Position numbers and translations under genes: made by a program | Notes under the pieces: generated by a model | Seen by the model: only the letters and a program-made list of their open reading frames with translations | What the model was told of the DNA's origin: nothing | Database searches by the model: none | Origin: Sedimentisphaerales bacterium | Lineage (GTDB): Bacteria; Planctomycetota; Phycisphaerae; Sedimentisphaerales; SM23-30 | Reading direction: 5' to 3' | DNA: 64,000 bases | Assembly (NCBI GenBank): GCA_963663965.2 | Contig: CAXXFK010000011.1 | Coordinates: 32,001 to 96,000, forward strand | Part shown: positions 27,971 to 38,653 of the stretch, in pieces | Numbering within the stretch: the first letter of the stretch is position 1 | How the letters are laid out: each line of letters starts with the position of its first letter

Positions 27971-30748
27971 TTAATTCACCGCAAACACTTTCATCACTTC
28001 ATCGCCCAGATGATTAATCACCTTGACCGCGATCCGGCCCGATTGCGGCTTCTGGAAGGGCCGCGACAGATCGCTGCACAGCGACTCCCATGCCTCCCGG
28101 TCGATCTCCGCCTTCAGACTGGTTTTCAGCGCCTTATACGGATCGTTGGCCCCCAGAAAATAGGCATGGCGAACGAAAAAACTCTCCTCGTTATAGTCGG
28201 TATCGATAAACCAGCAGGCAATCCCCTCGGCCCCGTCGCTGCGCACCTCGCCCGTCTGCGGATGGAATACATCCACTCCGTTGATCTTCACCCGGATCGT
28301 ATCGTCCCCGCCATCGATAATCTCGATATCCGGCTCCCCGAATATCACAAACAGGTTGCCCTGCCCGGTATTCTTCAGATCGGCCGCCATGTGCAGATCG
28401 GCGTTCATACGCGCCTTCAACACCGGCAACCGGCCCAACCGGTCAAATTCGCTGGCGCGCGCTTCATAACTGAACGCGCACGCGATCAGCACATCGAACC
28501 CGGCGTCGCCCGCCTCTCGCGCCGCCGCCGCCAGATCGGCCCGCTGCACTGTGCCAAATTCCGGCCCGATCAATATCGCCGCCCGCCGTTCGATCTCCCC
28601 TTCAAAATAACGGCCCTCGGCGCACACATAATGGCCCGGCCACGGCGTCAGGCTGGTAAAATTGATCTTGTCCTGCTTATGCGCCTGCTGCACCCCGGCC
28701 GTCTTCAAATTCTCCAGGATCATCTGGGCAAAGTCCACCAGCTCGCTCTGCCGGCCCGTCACATTCGGATCGATCAGGTTATCCGCTTCATCCACCCCCA
28801 GTGCCCGGTGCGGACTCAGACTCTCCACCGTAAACGGACCCGCCACCCGCACCTTCTTGCGGTCCTCATACGGCTTGTCGTACAGATATTCAAAGTCCGC
28901 CTTCGCCGCGATTGAACCGTCGATCTCCTGCTGACGCGCGATCCGCCCCTGCCACCACTGCCCGTGCAGGTTCTTGACCGCCGCGGGCCACTTCTCATCC
29001 GCCTCCCGCGGTATCTCCCAATCCTGCCAGCGCTTTTTCAATGCCTGATTGATCTGCTCGCGCAGCGGCTCCAGTTTGTCCTGCCACTGCTCCCAGATCA
29101 CATCGATCTCCGCATTGTTCGCAATTGACTTCAGCGTGATGTGCGGCACCCGCTCATACACAAAGCCCTGCCGGATATTGCCGTATACCGGCTGACTGCT
29201 CGCCGCCGTCTGGGTGACCTCCGCTTCCTTCAACTGACCCTCCCGCGAATCGGCCAGCAGATAAAACGGATAACGCGCCCCCATCACCCGCGCCCGCGCC
29301 AACGCCAAAGCCACCCGCGAAGTATCAACTGTGATCCAGCGCCGACCCCACTGCTCCGCGACAGTCGCCGTTGTGCCGCTTCCACAGGTTGGATCCAACA
29401 CCAAGTCGCCGGGATCAGTGGCCATTAATATGCAACGCTGAATGATTCTAGAACTTGTTTGAACAACATATACTTTATCCACCGCACCACCTCCATCCCA
29501 CCAACTATTGGTCAGGGCAGTAACTGGATAATCCTCCCGGTAGTAGATCCAGCGCATCGTCTTTCCAGCAACAATAAGGCGTCCAGCACGGTCCATTCGA
29601 GACATCCCCTCTGCGTTGGGTTTCCAACTCATGCCCGAAACAGGTTTGTAGACATTACCCTCAAATGACCACGGATACATGCAGGTAAGTGTTGAACCTG
29701 AAGATGTCAGCGAAACGGTCATATAGCTCTTTGCGTCTTCTCGCCGTGTCCGCGCTGGAATTTTTCCACTCGCGACCATTTGCTCAATTTCAGATGTAGA
29801 GCGATACGCCTCATCAATTGCGGATTCTGATTTATCCAAAAACAATGGTCTGAATTTCGCTTGTACGCGGGATTTTGCAAACCATAAAACCATATCGAAA
29901 GTACCACTCAAAAATGTCGAGCCCAAGCCGCCTGTTGTTCGATAAACAATTTGGTTAATAAAATTCTCTTCCCCAAACACCTCATCCATCAGCGCCCGCA
30001 CCCGATGGACATTCTCATCCCCAATCTGAACGAATATCGAACCGGAATCAGTCAGCAGATCCCGCGCCACTGTCAATCGGTCACGCAGATAGGTCAGATA
30101 ACTGTGGATGCCATCGCGCCAGGTATCGCGAAAGGCCCGCACCTGTTCCGGCTCGCGGGTGATATGATCGGTCTTGCCATCCTTGACATCGCGGCTGGTG
30201 GTGGACCACTGAAAGTTGCTGTTGAATTTGATGCCGTAGGGTGGATCGAGATAGATGCACTGCACCTTCCCACGCAGCCCTTCGCGCTCGGCCAGACTCG
30301 CCATCACCTGCAAGCTGTCCCCCAGGATCATCCGGTTGGACCAGTTCTGGTCATGCTGATAGAATTCGGTCTTGGCGTTGGTGTCGGGCAGCCCGTTAAA
30401 ATCCTCATACATATCCGCAAACAGCAGCGGCGCGCTGTCTGTCTCTTTGTCCCGCTGTTTCTGGTGGGTCTGGCGGATCAGGTCATCAATCAGTACCTTG
30501 GGATGCACCTTTTCCTGAATGTAAATCGGCGGTACCGGCACCACCAGGTCCGACCAGTCCTGCTCATCCTTGCCCCGCCATACCAGTTGCGGGTCCAGAT
30601 CGGCATTGCGCGGATAGCGCAAAGTGGTCACTTGCTGATCCTGCTGCTTGAGCACCGACTGATATTCGGCAGTAGGGATATTCTTACGCGAATCCTCGCT
30701 ATGCAATAAGGTTTCAACGGTCTTGGTAACTTTTTTCTTTTTTGCCAT
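27971..30748 (-). CDS. Site-specific DNA (N6-adenine) methyltransferase, type III Mod-like, beta class
   Basis: Motif IV IYLDPPY precedes motif I VLDPTCGSGTT, with a variable region between them and a long C-terminal extension. Confidence 0.9.
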   Translation of the reverse strand: MAKKKKVTKTVETLLHSEDSRKNIPTAEYQSVLKQQDQQVTTLRYPRNADLDPQLVWRGKDEQDWSDLVVPVPPIYIQEKVHPKVLIDDLIRQTHQKQRDKETDSAPLLFADMYEDFNGLPDTNAKTEFYQHDQNWSNRMILGDSLQVMASLAEREGLRGKVQCIYLDPPYGIKFNSNFQWSTTSRDVKDGKTDHITREPEQVRAFRDTWRDGIHSYLTYLRDRLTVARDLLTDSGSIFVQIGDENVHRVRALMDEVFGEENFINQIVYRTTGGLGSTFLSGTFDMVLWFAKSRVQAKFRPLFLDKSESAIDEAYRSTSEIEQMVASGKIPARTRREDAKSYMTVSLTSSGSTLTCMYPWSFEGNVYKPVSGMSWKPNAEGMSRMDRAGRLIVAGKTMRWIYYREDYPVTALTNSWWDGGGAVDKVYVVQTSSRIIQRCILMATDPGDLVLDPTCGSGTTATVAEQWGRRWITVDTSRVALALARARVMGARYPFYLLADSREGQLKEAEVTQTAASSQPVYGNIRQGFVYERVPHITLKSIANNAEIDVIWEQWQDKLEPLREQINQALKKRWQDWEIPREADEKWPAAVKNLHGQWWQGRIARQQEIDGSIAAKADFEYLYDKPYEDRKKVRVAGPFTVESLSPHRALGVDEADNLIDPNVTGRQSELVDFAQMILENLKTAGVQQAHKQDKINFTSLTPWPGHYVCAEGRYFEGEIERRAAILIGPEFGTVQRADLAAAAREAGDAGFDVLIACAFSYEARASEFDRLGRLPVLKARMNADLHMAADLKNTGQGNLFVIFGEPDIEIIDGGDDTIRVKINGVDVFHPQTGEVRSDGAEGIACWFIDTDYNEESFFVRHAYFLGANDPYKALKTSLKAEIDREAWESLCSDLSRPFQKPQSGRIAVKVINHLGDEVMKVFAVN

Positions 30749-30751
30749 GGA

Positions 30752-33700
30752 TTAATCCTGTTTGTTTGAAACGGTCCGGGCCGATTCGATCATCTGGTTA
30801 AATTCCGCTTGCACCTTCGCGGCGAAATCGGCTTCGATCCGATAGACTTCCGTCAGTTCGGCAAAGGCCCAACGGCCGTAATTGCCCAGCCGGTTCACCC
30901 CCGGTATCCAATAGGTTTCCATTGTCAGTTTCTTGTCCTTGGCGTCTTCGCCCCGGTAGCCCTTGATCTCCACCACCAGATTCAACGGGTCGTCCGGGCC
31001 GCGTCCGTCATCCACCCGCACAATAAAATCCGGCCGGTACCGGCGGGTATCCGAGCCATATTGATAGGGCACTTCAAAACCCAGGTTGTGATTTTTGACA
31101 TAAGCCAGCACTGCTGGATGTTTCTCCGCCACCCGGCAGAACTCCGCCTCCCAGTCGCCGTCCAGGATCACCCAGTTGATATGACACCGCCGGGAATCGG
31201 TCTGCCAGCGGTCCGTCTTCGAAGTGGTAAAATTCACAAAACACGTGGAACCGGTCGGATTGTAAGGATCGAGGATCGCCTTGATCGATTGGGTCTGTTC
31301 ATGGGCGCGGGTGATGGCCGCGGTAATCCGCTCACAGGCCATGTCCATCAGGGTCTTGTATTTGAGCTGCGCGCGATAAGTGCCCCCGCGGCAATGCAGA
31401 TACTGCTCCACCCATTGGCGGGCGATGTGCTTCAGTTGCCCGAAAAGCTGCAACGGCGGATCAGCCCCCGGCTCGCGCCATTTGTGCATCACCAGATAAG
31501 AAGTCAGTTCATAAACGATCTGCGCGGTGCGGATGGCCCCGGTATGAACCAGATTCAAGTCAACCGGCTCGCCGACAATGCCGGAGTTTTTCGTTTCGGT
31601 CGCTCCCACCATCTCCGGCGTCAGTTCCAGATGCGAATCCGGCGTAAAACTCGCCGCCAGCCGTTCGCGCGGCAGTTCCACCCGGTAGCCCATCACCCTC
31701 GGAAATACGATCTCCAGCGCGTCCCGCTCCGGCCGCATCGCCTTGACCTGGATGAGTCGGGCGGCGGGCGGCTGCGGTATCACCACGACCGGCTTGGCCG
31801 TAAAGTTAAATGGAATCCCCAGCACATCGGCGTATTCCGCCTTGAAGCGGTTATCCTCGTCCAGATCGTACGATAACCGGCGCAGCGCCCGGCCGATCAC
31901 CTGTTCGCACAGCAGTTGCGTCCCGAACGCCCGCACCCCCAGCACATGCGTCACATTGTTCGCGTCCCAGCCCTCGGTCAGCATCGACACCGACACCACG
32001 CACCGGATCGCGGCCCCCAGCCGGCCCGCTTTGCCCACCGTGTTCATCACTTCCCGCAGCAGATCTTGATCGGACAGATTGTCCGCTTTCCGCGCATCGC
32101 CGGTGCGATCTCGAATCTCGCGGCGGAACCGTTCGATTTCGTCCGACGCCATTGTCCGGAAATGATCGTCCAGGGCCTCGCCCGATTCGAGTTGCTCGCT
32201 GTCGATCAGCAAAGTACGCGGCAATGCCAGCGGTTTGCCCGCCTCATCGTAATTGCGGAACAAGCCCAACCGGCCATTCACCAGCGTTTGGCTGCCGTCC
32301 TGATTGTCGCGCTGAAATCCCGAAATATAGTCATACACCAGCTTGGAGGTCGAAGTATTATTGCAGACCACGATAAAACACGGCGGCACTTCCATGTCTC
32401 TTTCCTGCCAGAGCCGGAATATCTTTTCATAATGGCCGTAGAGCGCCTCCAGCGCGGTCTGCAATTGGGTCGGCAAACTCAGCGGATCGAGGGCGCTGGC
32501 CTTGCTCCGCCCCTTTTTCGGCATTTTCGTACGGATGTGGTTCCACAAATCGCGGTACATCGGCATCTCGCCGCCGGGTATATTATCCGCCACCGGCACA
32601 CGCGGCAGCTTTACGATCCCGCTCTCGATCGCGTCCATCAGCGAAAAATCGCTCATGGTCCACGGAAACAGCGTGCCCTCGGCATACCCTGCCCCCCGCA
32701 GAAAAAAGGGCGTGGCCGATAAATCGATGACCCGGTTCAAACCCAGTTTGCGCTGTACCATTTCCAGCCCCGATATCCACAAGCGGGCTGCTTCATTGTT
32801 GTCTTTGGCTTCCTCTTTTTCTTCCCCCTTTAAATCGTCCAGTTCACTTGCCGTGCCGGGCTTTTCCCGGTAGCAATGATGCGCTTCGTCATTGAGTACC
32901 AGGATGTTTTTCATGCCCATCAGGCTATCCATCACGCGCTGGATCATCTGACCTTCGGTCTCCAGGGTATTGAGCTCTTCCCCGCGTCGCCCGCGCAATA
33001 GCGCCCGGCCGCCTTTGGAGATCTCGATGCGTTCGCGCAGCTTGAAGGCATGATAATTGGTGATCACGATTTTGGCGGATTGGATATCCTTGAGCAGGTC
33101 GCCCGGTATCAGTTCCCGGTGTTGATAATAGTTGTCCGGATCGTTCGGCCACAGCACCCGTAGCCGGTCCTTGATCGTCAGGCCCGGCGTCACCACCAGA
33201 AATCCCCGGGTAAACCGCTTGCTGCCGGGATGCCGCACCGCATTGATCGTCTGCCAGGCGATCAGCATGGCCATCACGGTGGTCTTGCCGGCCCCCGTGG
33301 CCAGTTTCAAGGCCAGCCGCATCAGTTCGGGATTGGCGTCCCGGTTGGCATCCTCTAAATGGTCCAGAAATATTTGGCCCGAACTTTTGATTTTGGGCGC
33401 CACCTCCGTCAGCCAGATAACCGTTTCAACCGCTTCGATCTGACAGAAAAACGGTCGAACACCGCTGAATGGATGGTTCCGCCAGTAGTCGAGCAAACGG
33501 GCGGTTTCCGGAGTGACCTGCCATTGACTGGCCGGCAGCACCCGCCATCGATCGATTTCCTGACGCAAACTGTTGATGATGGGGGTCGGATCGTATTTCT
33601 GATCTGCCGTTGTCAGTTCCTTGATTTCATCGAATTCGAATTCCATCTGCTTGCTTTTACGCTTCTTCGGTTTGGGAATCGGCGTAATGAATTCCGCCGG

Positions 33701-33817
33701 CCGCCGGCGCTCGATGATCTTTTCGGTTGGCTGACCATCTTTGTCCAACTCCCAGTGCCGGGCTGGATAGTCATAAGGTGAATTGAGGATTGGCTTATCA
33801 AAAAAAGGGTTGGACAT
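30752..33817 (-). CDS. Type III restriction enzyme Res-like subunit (SF2 helicase + PD-(D/E)xK nuclease; BPTD_3080-like)
   Basis: Walker A LATGAGKT, NDEAHH, SATP, MLTEGWD, EQVIGRALRR, nuclease YRPDF...VVEIKG. GAGGAG RBS before the ATG at 33817. Confidence 0.9.
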   Translation of the reverse strand: MSNPFFDKPILNSPYDYPARHWELDKDGQPTEKIIERRRPAEFITPIPKPKKRKSKQMEFEFDEIKELTTADQKYDPTPIINSLRQEIDRWRVLPASQWQVTPETARLLDYWRNHPFSGVRPFFCQIEAVETVIWLTEVAPKIKSSGQIFLDHLEDANRDANPELMRLALKLATGAGKTTVMAMLIAWQTINAVRHPGSKRFTRGFLVVTPGLTIKDRLRVLWPNDPDNYYQHRELIPGDLLKDIQSAKIVITNYHAFKLRERIEISKGGRALLRGRRGEELNTLETEGQMIQRVMDSLMGMKNILVLNDEAHHCYREKPGTASELDDLKGEEKEEAKDNNEAARLWISGLEMVQRKLGLNRVIDLSATPFFLRGAGYAEGTLFPWTMSDFSLMDAIESGIVKLPRVPVADNIPGGEMPMYRDLWNHIRTKMPKKGRSKASALDPLSLPTQLQTALEALYGHYEKIFRLWQERDMEVPPCFIVVCNNTSTSKLVYDYISGFQRDNQDGSQTLVNGRLGLFRNYDEAGKPLALPRTLLIDSEQLESGEALDDHFRTMASDEIERFRREIRDRTGDARKADNLSDQDLLREVMNTVGKAGRLGAAIRCVVSVSMLTEGWDANNVTHVLGVRAFGTQLLCEQVIGRALRRLSYDLDEDNRFKAEYADVLGIPFNFTAKPVVVIPQPPAARLIQVKAMRPERDALEIVFPRVMGYRVELPRERLAASFTPDSHLELTPEMVGATETKNSGIVGEPVDLNLVHTGAIRTAQIVYELTSYLVMHKWREPGADPPLQLFGQLKHIARQWVEQYLHCRGGTYRAQLKYKTLMDMACERITAAITRAHEQTQSIKAILDPYNPTGSTCFVNFTTSKTDRWQTDSRRCHINWVILDGDWEAEFCRVAEKHPAVLAYVKNHNLGFEVPYQYGSDTRRYRPDFIVRVDDGRGPDDPLNLVVEIKGYRGEDAKDKKLTMETYWIPGVNRLGNYGRWAFAELTEVYRIEADFAAKVQAEFNQMIESARTVSNKQD

Positions 33818-34053
33818 GGATACTCCTCTATGTTCCGGCACATCTTCTTCTGACTCGAGCAACTTTCTATAATTTGCCCGCGATAGAATCTCGCATTTTG
33901 TCCGATATCAATCCCGGTCCATCCAGTTCTTTTCGACCGGGCTCTGATTCGTTATTAAAATATCATTAACTTCCACCGGTATCAATATTATTTCTGGATT
34001 ATCTCTATTCCAATCCTGACGGTCCTCATGAATCTGAATAATAGCTTTGTTTT

Positions 34054-34185
34054 TCAACATGACCCAACAAAAATCGCCCCTTCCGTCCCCGCTCCCCCCG
34101 AATACTGCTCCAAAGACATCCCGGCCAGCAACGCAACCACAATCCCAACCAATCCCAGCCGGACACCTACTCTTTTAAAAACCAT
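34054..34185 (-). pseudogene. Remnant N-terminus of a GLUG-type surface protein
   Basis: MVFKRVGVRLGLVGIVVALLAGMSLEQYSGGAGTEG: signal peptide plus YSGGxGT, matching YSGGDGTEENPF in the 13762-17322 protein, then a stop. Confidence 0.5.
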
Positions 34186-34552
34186 CTTCAAACTCCTGTA
34201 ATGTATTCCTTCTCTATTTAAACTATCAAATCGATTACAATTTATCTCGAAAACAACCTCGGCAACCAAAACCAGCCCCCCCAGGCCGTTAACCTTCATG
34301 TCCCTTCAAAATCTTCATGGTATAACTTCTTATATTCTACCATTTTGTATCAATCCCCTGATACAAAACCAGATTTTGACAGATCAACTCAGCCACCATC
34401 TCCCCCTGGCTTTTCTCTCCACTTCCTCCACTATCTCCACGGAAAAAAATATCAAAGCCAGATATCCCAAAGCTAAAATCCCGGCCATCAAACTCAACCG
34501 GGCATAAAATATATTTTACCAACCCACCCCCCATTCTCCAATAAAAAAACCG

Positions 34553-34575
34553 GTGGCACGGGCATCCTGCCCGTG
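34553..34575 (+). repeat. REP-like hairpin
   Basis: GTGG-CACGGGCA-TCC-TGCCCGTG. Confidence 0.6.
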
Positions 34576-34627
34576 ATTTTTTCACTAATCCCCCAACGCA
34601 CAACGTCAATCTTGCCCGAATTTCACC

Positions 34628-34987
34628 TTTCGTTTTTTTCGTCCTTTTCGTCTTTTCGCCTTTTTTCCCCACCGTATGGAGTACACCGCTTTAGCGTGTA
34701 TAATTTGATGCTCTATAACAACCAAATACCCCCCCGAAATCAACAACCCGAACCACCCCAATTTACATGCATTACGCCCCCATCTTGGTCATGATTTTAA
34801 ATTATTCAATAACATACGCCCATTTTTTCTGCGTATGCTACGTCCATCTGCGTCGAAGATCCGCCGTGGTGGAGTTAAATCGGCTATTATATTTTCCCAT
34901 GCATTCCACCCCTTTTTATACTTTAACTTCTTTTATTTCAAACACTTACAATTTCTCCCTTCCGTGTATTCCGTGTGTTCCGTGGTT
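34628..34987. repeat. 9-bp periodic triplet repeats
   Basis: TTTCGTTTT-TTTCGTCCT-TTTCGTCTT (34628-34654) and TCCGTGTAT-TCCGTGTGT-TCCGTGGTT (34961-34987). Confidence 0.6.
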
Positions 34988-35354
34988 ATAACTTATTATA
35001 TTAAATGTACTTACAAACTTTCCCCCTGCTGCCGCCCACAATCACACTCTCCAACGCGAAACAAACCCAATCCAAGTCAAAATTATTATTACTAATTACC
35101 TGGCTTTGACATACAATACGTGTTTCTAAATCACTTAACAATATTCATATTAAACCCTGACTCTTCTTTTGAACTGTTTTCTTGCTGGCATGTCCGTTTA
35201 GTGTAAGCTAACTTTAATCTCTGTTTCTGGTCTATCCCACTGATCTCTGGCGATATGATTCATCTCCCACCTATGAATATACCCAATCTAAACGAAGCCA
35301 ATCCATCCACAAACCAGCATATCTTCAGACTGCAACTATCCATATTGCAAACAG

Positions 35355-35370
35355 TTATCCACGTGGAACA
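35355..35370. promoter_or_regulatory. parS-like site overlapping a near-consensus DnaA box
   Basis: TTATCCACGTGGAACA matches TGTTCCACGTGGAACA at 14/16. Its first 9 nt match TTATCCACA at 8/9. Confidence 0.35.
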
Positions 35371-35606
35371 ATCAAAAAATTAACCAATTATCTAACTACT
35401 GGGTCAGAACATGACCAATTCCAATGTACATCAACACGATATATTATATCCATTTCCAGCAAACTCGAATTTTTTTCTGGAATACCTTGATATTGCTTTA
35501 TAGCATACGCAGAAGTTAGAGTGCCTGAAAATGATTTACATCTGGAGACCGGTACTCTAAGTGTATTATTGAATCAGGATTAAAACCATTTTCCTAGGAG
35601 TCTATC

Positions 35607-36206
35607 ATGGCCAATTGCACTTGTTCAGGCAGCAAAAGTATCAAGGGCACCAGGACCGAGAAAAATCTTCTGGCCGCCTTCGCCGGCGAATCTCAGGCCC
35701 GCAATCGCTACACCTACTTTGCCAGCACTGCCAAAAAAGAAGGTTACGAACAAATAGCGGAAATTTTCGAGGAAACCGCCACCCAGGAAGCTCAGCATGC
35801 CAAACAATTCTTCAAATTCCTTGAAGGGGGCGAGGTCGAAATCACCGCCGCCTATCCCGCCGGGATCATCGGTAGCACCGAAGAAAACCTCGCCGCTGCC
35901 GCCTGTGGTGAAGAACACGAATGGCAAACCCTTTATCCTGAATTCGCCAAAATCGCCGAAGAAGAAGGCTTTAAAGAAGTCGCCGCCAAATTCCGTGCCG
36001 TTTCCATCGCCGAAAAACGCCACGGCGAACGCTATCGCAAGTTGCAGGAAAACGTTAAAAAGGCAGAGGTGTTCAAACGAAGCGAAAAGAAAACCTGGAT
36101 ATGTCGCAAATGCGGCTATGTCCATGAAGGCCCCGAAGCCCCCCAAACCTGTCCCGCCTGCTTGCACCCGCAAGCCTATTTCGAATTGGAGTCAGGCAAT
36201 TATTAA
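35607..36206 (+). CDS. rbr: Rubrerythrin
   Basis: [20 protein letters not shown]-x-x-H diiron motifs, C-terminal CRKC...CPAC rubredoxin-like domain. Confidence 0.95.
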   Translation: MANCTCSGSKSIKGTRTEKNLLAAFAGESQARNRYTYFASTAKKEGYEQIAEIFEETATQEAQHAKQFFKFLEGGEVEITAAYPAGIIGSTEENLAAAACGEEHEWQTLYPEFAKIAEEEGFKEVAAKFRAVSIAEKRHGERYRKLQENVKKAEVFKRSEKKTWICRKCGYVHEGPEAPQTCPACLHPQAYFELESGNY

Positions 36207-36368
36207 TGAAATTAAGATGACTGGAATTGACCGCTAGCCATCCCAATTTAAGTTATTTCACGGATAATGTGTCATTAATCGAAAAAGTATTTATCCGTAA
36301 TTTTTCTCATTTTTCCTGCATTTGATGACTATAATTAGAAAAAGTTATACCGTTAAAACCTGAAAAAG

Positions 36369-36382
36369 TTATAATATTATAA
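36369..36382. promoter_or_regulatory. PerR/Fur-like palindrome
   Basis: Perfect palindrome TTATAATATTATAA upstream of the ferritin-like/fprA/rubredoxin genes. Confidence 0.4.
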
Positions 36383-36495
36383 GATATAAATACTTACAAA
36401 ATTTTCTCTAATAAACATCGTTGAGACAATATTGTAAAAACTCTCAAAACGAACACTATTTTTCGAAATGTAATATTCCTGATTAAGGAGTTGTT

Positions 36496-36988
36496 ATGAG
36501 TCAATTCAGTTTAGCAGAAATTTTTCGGATGGCGGAAGAAATCGAAAGAAACGGCCATGCTTTCTATCGCCAGGCTATCGAAACCGCTCAGGATGCCAGG
36601 AGCAAAGATATCTTCTCAAATCTGGCCTGAGCAGGAAAAGGCCCATGAAGCACTGTTTGCCCGTTGGCGTAATGAAATATGCGGAGACGATGAACAGCAT
36701 TTTGTCGATCCGGATGGCCAGGCCGAAGCATATATCCGGTCTATTGCCGATAATCACGTATTTAACCTGAATAAAGATATCTCACAACTTCTTACTTCGA
36801 TCCAGACTCCTAAAAGCCTGGTGGATATGGCAATCGGCTTTGAAGAAGATACCATCAAGTTTTTTACCAGCCTCAAAGAACATGTGGGCGAAAACACCAG
36901 ACACGGAATCGAAATCCTCATCTCAGAAGAAAATCGCCATATCCGGGTGTTAACTGACTTGAAAAACAGTCTTGCCGGCAAAAATTAA
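36496..36988 (+). CDS. Ferritin-like / rubrerythrin-family protein with +1 frameshift near 36627
   Basis: AAGGAG RBS. MSQFSLAEIFRMAEEIERNGHAFY...NLA continues after a shift as EQEKAHE...AIGFEEDTIKFF...EENRH. Confidence 0.8.
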
Positions 36989-37004
36989 AAGGGACCTAGC
37001 AATC

Positions 37005-38193
37005 ATGAGAAGCAAAGAGATAGCGCCGGGCATATATTGGGTGGGATATGTTGACTGGAATGTGCGTGACTTTCATGGTTACAGCACCAACCGGGGCAGC
37101 AGTTATAATGCCTATCTGATCGTTGACGAGAAAATCGCGTTAATTGATGCTGTTAAATGCGGTTACAGTGGAGATTTACTGGATAAAATCTCAGAGTGGG
37201 TTGATCCATCGAAAATTGATTTTATCATTTCAAACCACACCGAACCCGATCATTCCGGTGAAATTGCCCGCGTTTTGGAAAAAGCGCCCAACGCAGTTGT
37301 CGTGGCAACGGATAAAGGCCGTCTTGGTCTGGAACAGTATTATGCCGGGAATTGGAATTATCAGGTCGTCAATACTGGTGATAGCATCTCGCTGGGCAAA
37401 TATACCCTTAATTTTATCAGCACGCCAATGCTCCATTGGCCCGATTCCATGTTTACCTATATCCCCGAACTTAAATTGTTGTTCAGTATGGACGCCTTCG
37501 GCCAGCATCTGGCTCATAGCTTGAGATTCGACGACGAAGTAGATTTTAGTTTGTTAATGTATGAAGCCAAGGTTTACTACGCCAATATCATTATGCACCT
37601 GGGCAATATTGTCAAAAAAACCCTCAAGCAAACTGCCGACACTCCCATTGAGATGATCGCCCCCAGCCATGGGATTATTTGGAGAAAGCATATCCCCGAT
37701 ATAATCGCCGCCTATCAGGATTGGGCCGATTGCAAACCAACCCGCAAGGTTCTGGTTATTTATGACAGCATGTGGAAAAGCACAGAAATCATGGCAGAAT
37801 CAATCATGGCAGGTGTTTTGGATACCGGCGTGGAAGCCAGTTTACTGAAAATTACGGCCAATGATATCACCCATCTGGCCACAGATGTGCTTGATGCCGC
37901 TGCAATTTGCATTGGCACGCCCACCCTGAACAACTGTATGTTGCCTACGGTGGCATCCTTTTTGACCTACATTAAGGGATTACGCCCTAAAAACAAACTC
38001 GGATTGGCGTTTGGCTCCTATGGCTGGAGCGGCGGTGCCGTTGAACAGGCTCAGCAAATGCTCAGAGATACTGGAATCGAAATTTTCTCTGAAAATATAT
38101 CCTGTAAATATAAACCCGGATTCGGATATACTGCTCCATTGTCGTGAAACCGGCAAGGCTCTGGGAGATAAAGTCGCCCAGTTGCCTCTTTAG
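37005..38193 (+). CDS. fprA: FprA-family flavodiiron protein (frameshift near 38115)
   Basis: GSSYNAYL, NHTEPDHSG, HWPDSM, DAFGQH, APSHG, flavodoxin domain AFGSYGWSG. The C-terminal helix is in another frame and ends at 38193. Confidence 0.9.
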
Positions 38194-38283
38194 TTCTGTT
38201 ATTTTGCGTAATCGTTCCGGGCGTTTATTGATGCCCGTTAGTTTAACATAAAATTTTTAAAGATACTCAAAAGGGAGACCACC

Positions 38284-38442
38284 ATGAAGTATCGTTGTGT
38301 TCTTTGCGGTTATATTTACGATCCAGCGCTTGGCGACCCGGATAATGGCATCGCCCCCGGAACAGATTTTGCCGACATCCCAGATGATTGGGTTTGCCCG
38401 GAATGTGGTGCTGGCAAAGATGAGTTCGAGCCGGTAGAATAA
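38284..38442 (+). CDS. Rubredoxin (52 aa; not in ORF track)
   Basis: [60 protein letters not shown]. Confidence 0.97.
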   Translation: MKYRCVLCGYIYDPALGDPDNGIAPGTDFADIPDDWVCPECGAGKDEFEPVE

Positions 38443-38653
38443 TATAACCATATAAATAATATATGGTTACAACACATGGGCTTTGGGGTGCCCAGGCTCT
38501 TTTGTCTTAAGATTTTTCAACTCTTCCGGTTGTGCGAGTAATTGCAGTCATTCCGGAAGAGTTTTTTCTTGCATATTGTTCCAGCTTCTGCATAAATATT
38601 TATTTTACCAGACATTAAATGTTTACGACGCAATAACACCGTGGAGCGCTAAA

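Noticed and set aside
27971..33817. Phase-variable simple-sequence repeat in mod; prophage or integrase-borne island
   Set aside because: There is no SSR tract in the mod ORF and no recognisable integrase, phage genes or att duplication.
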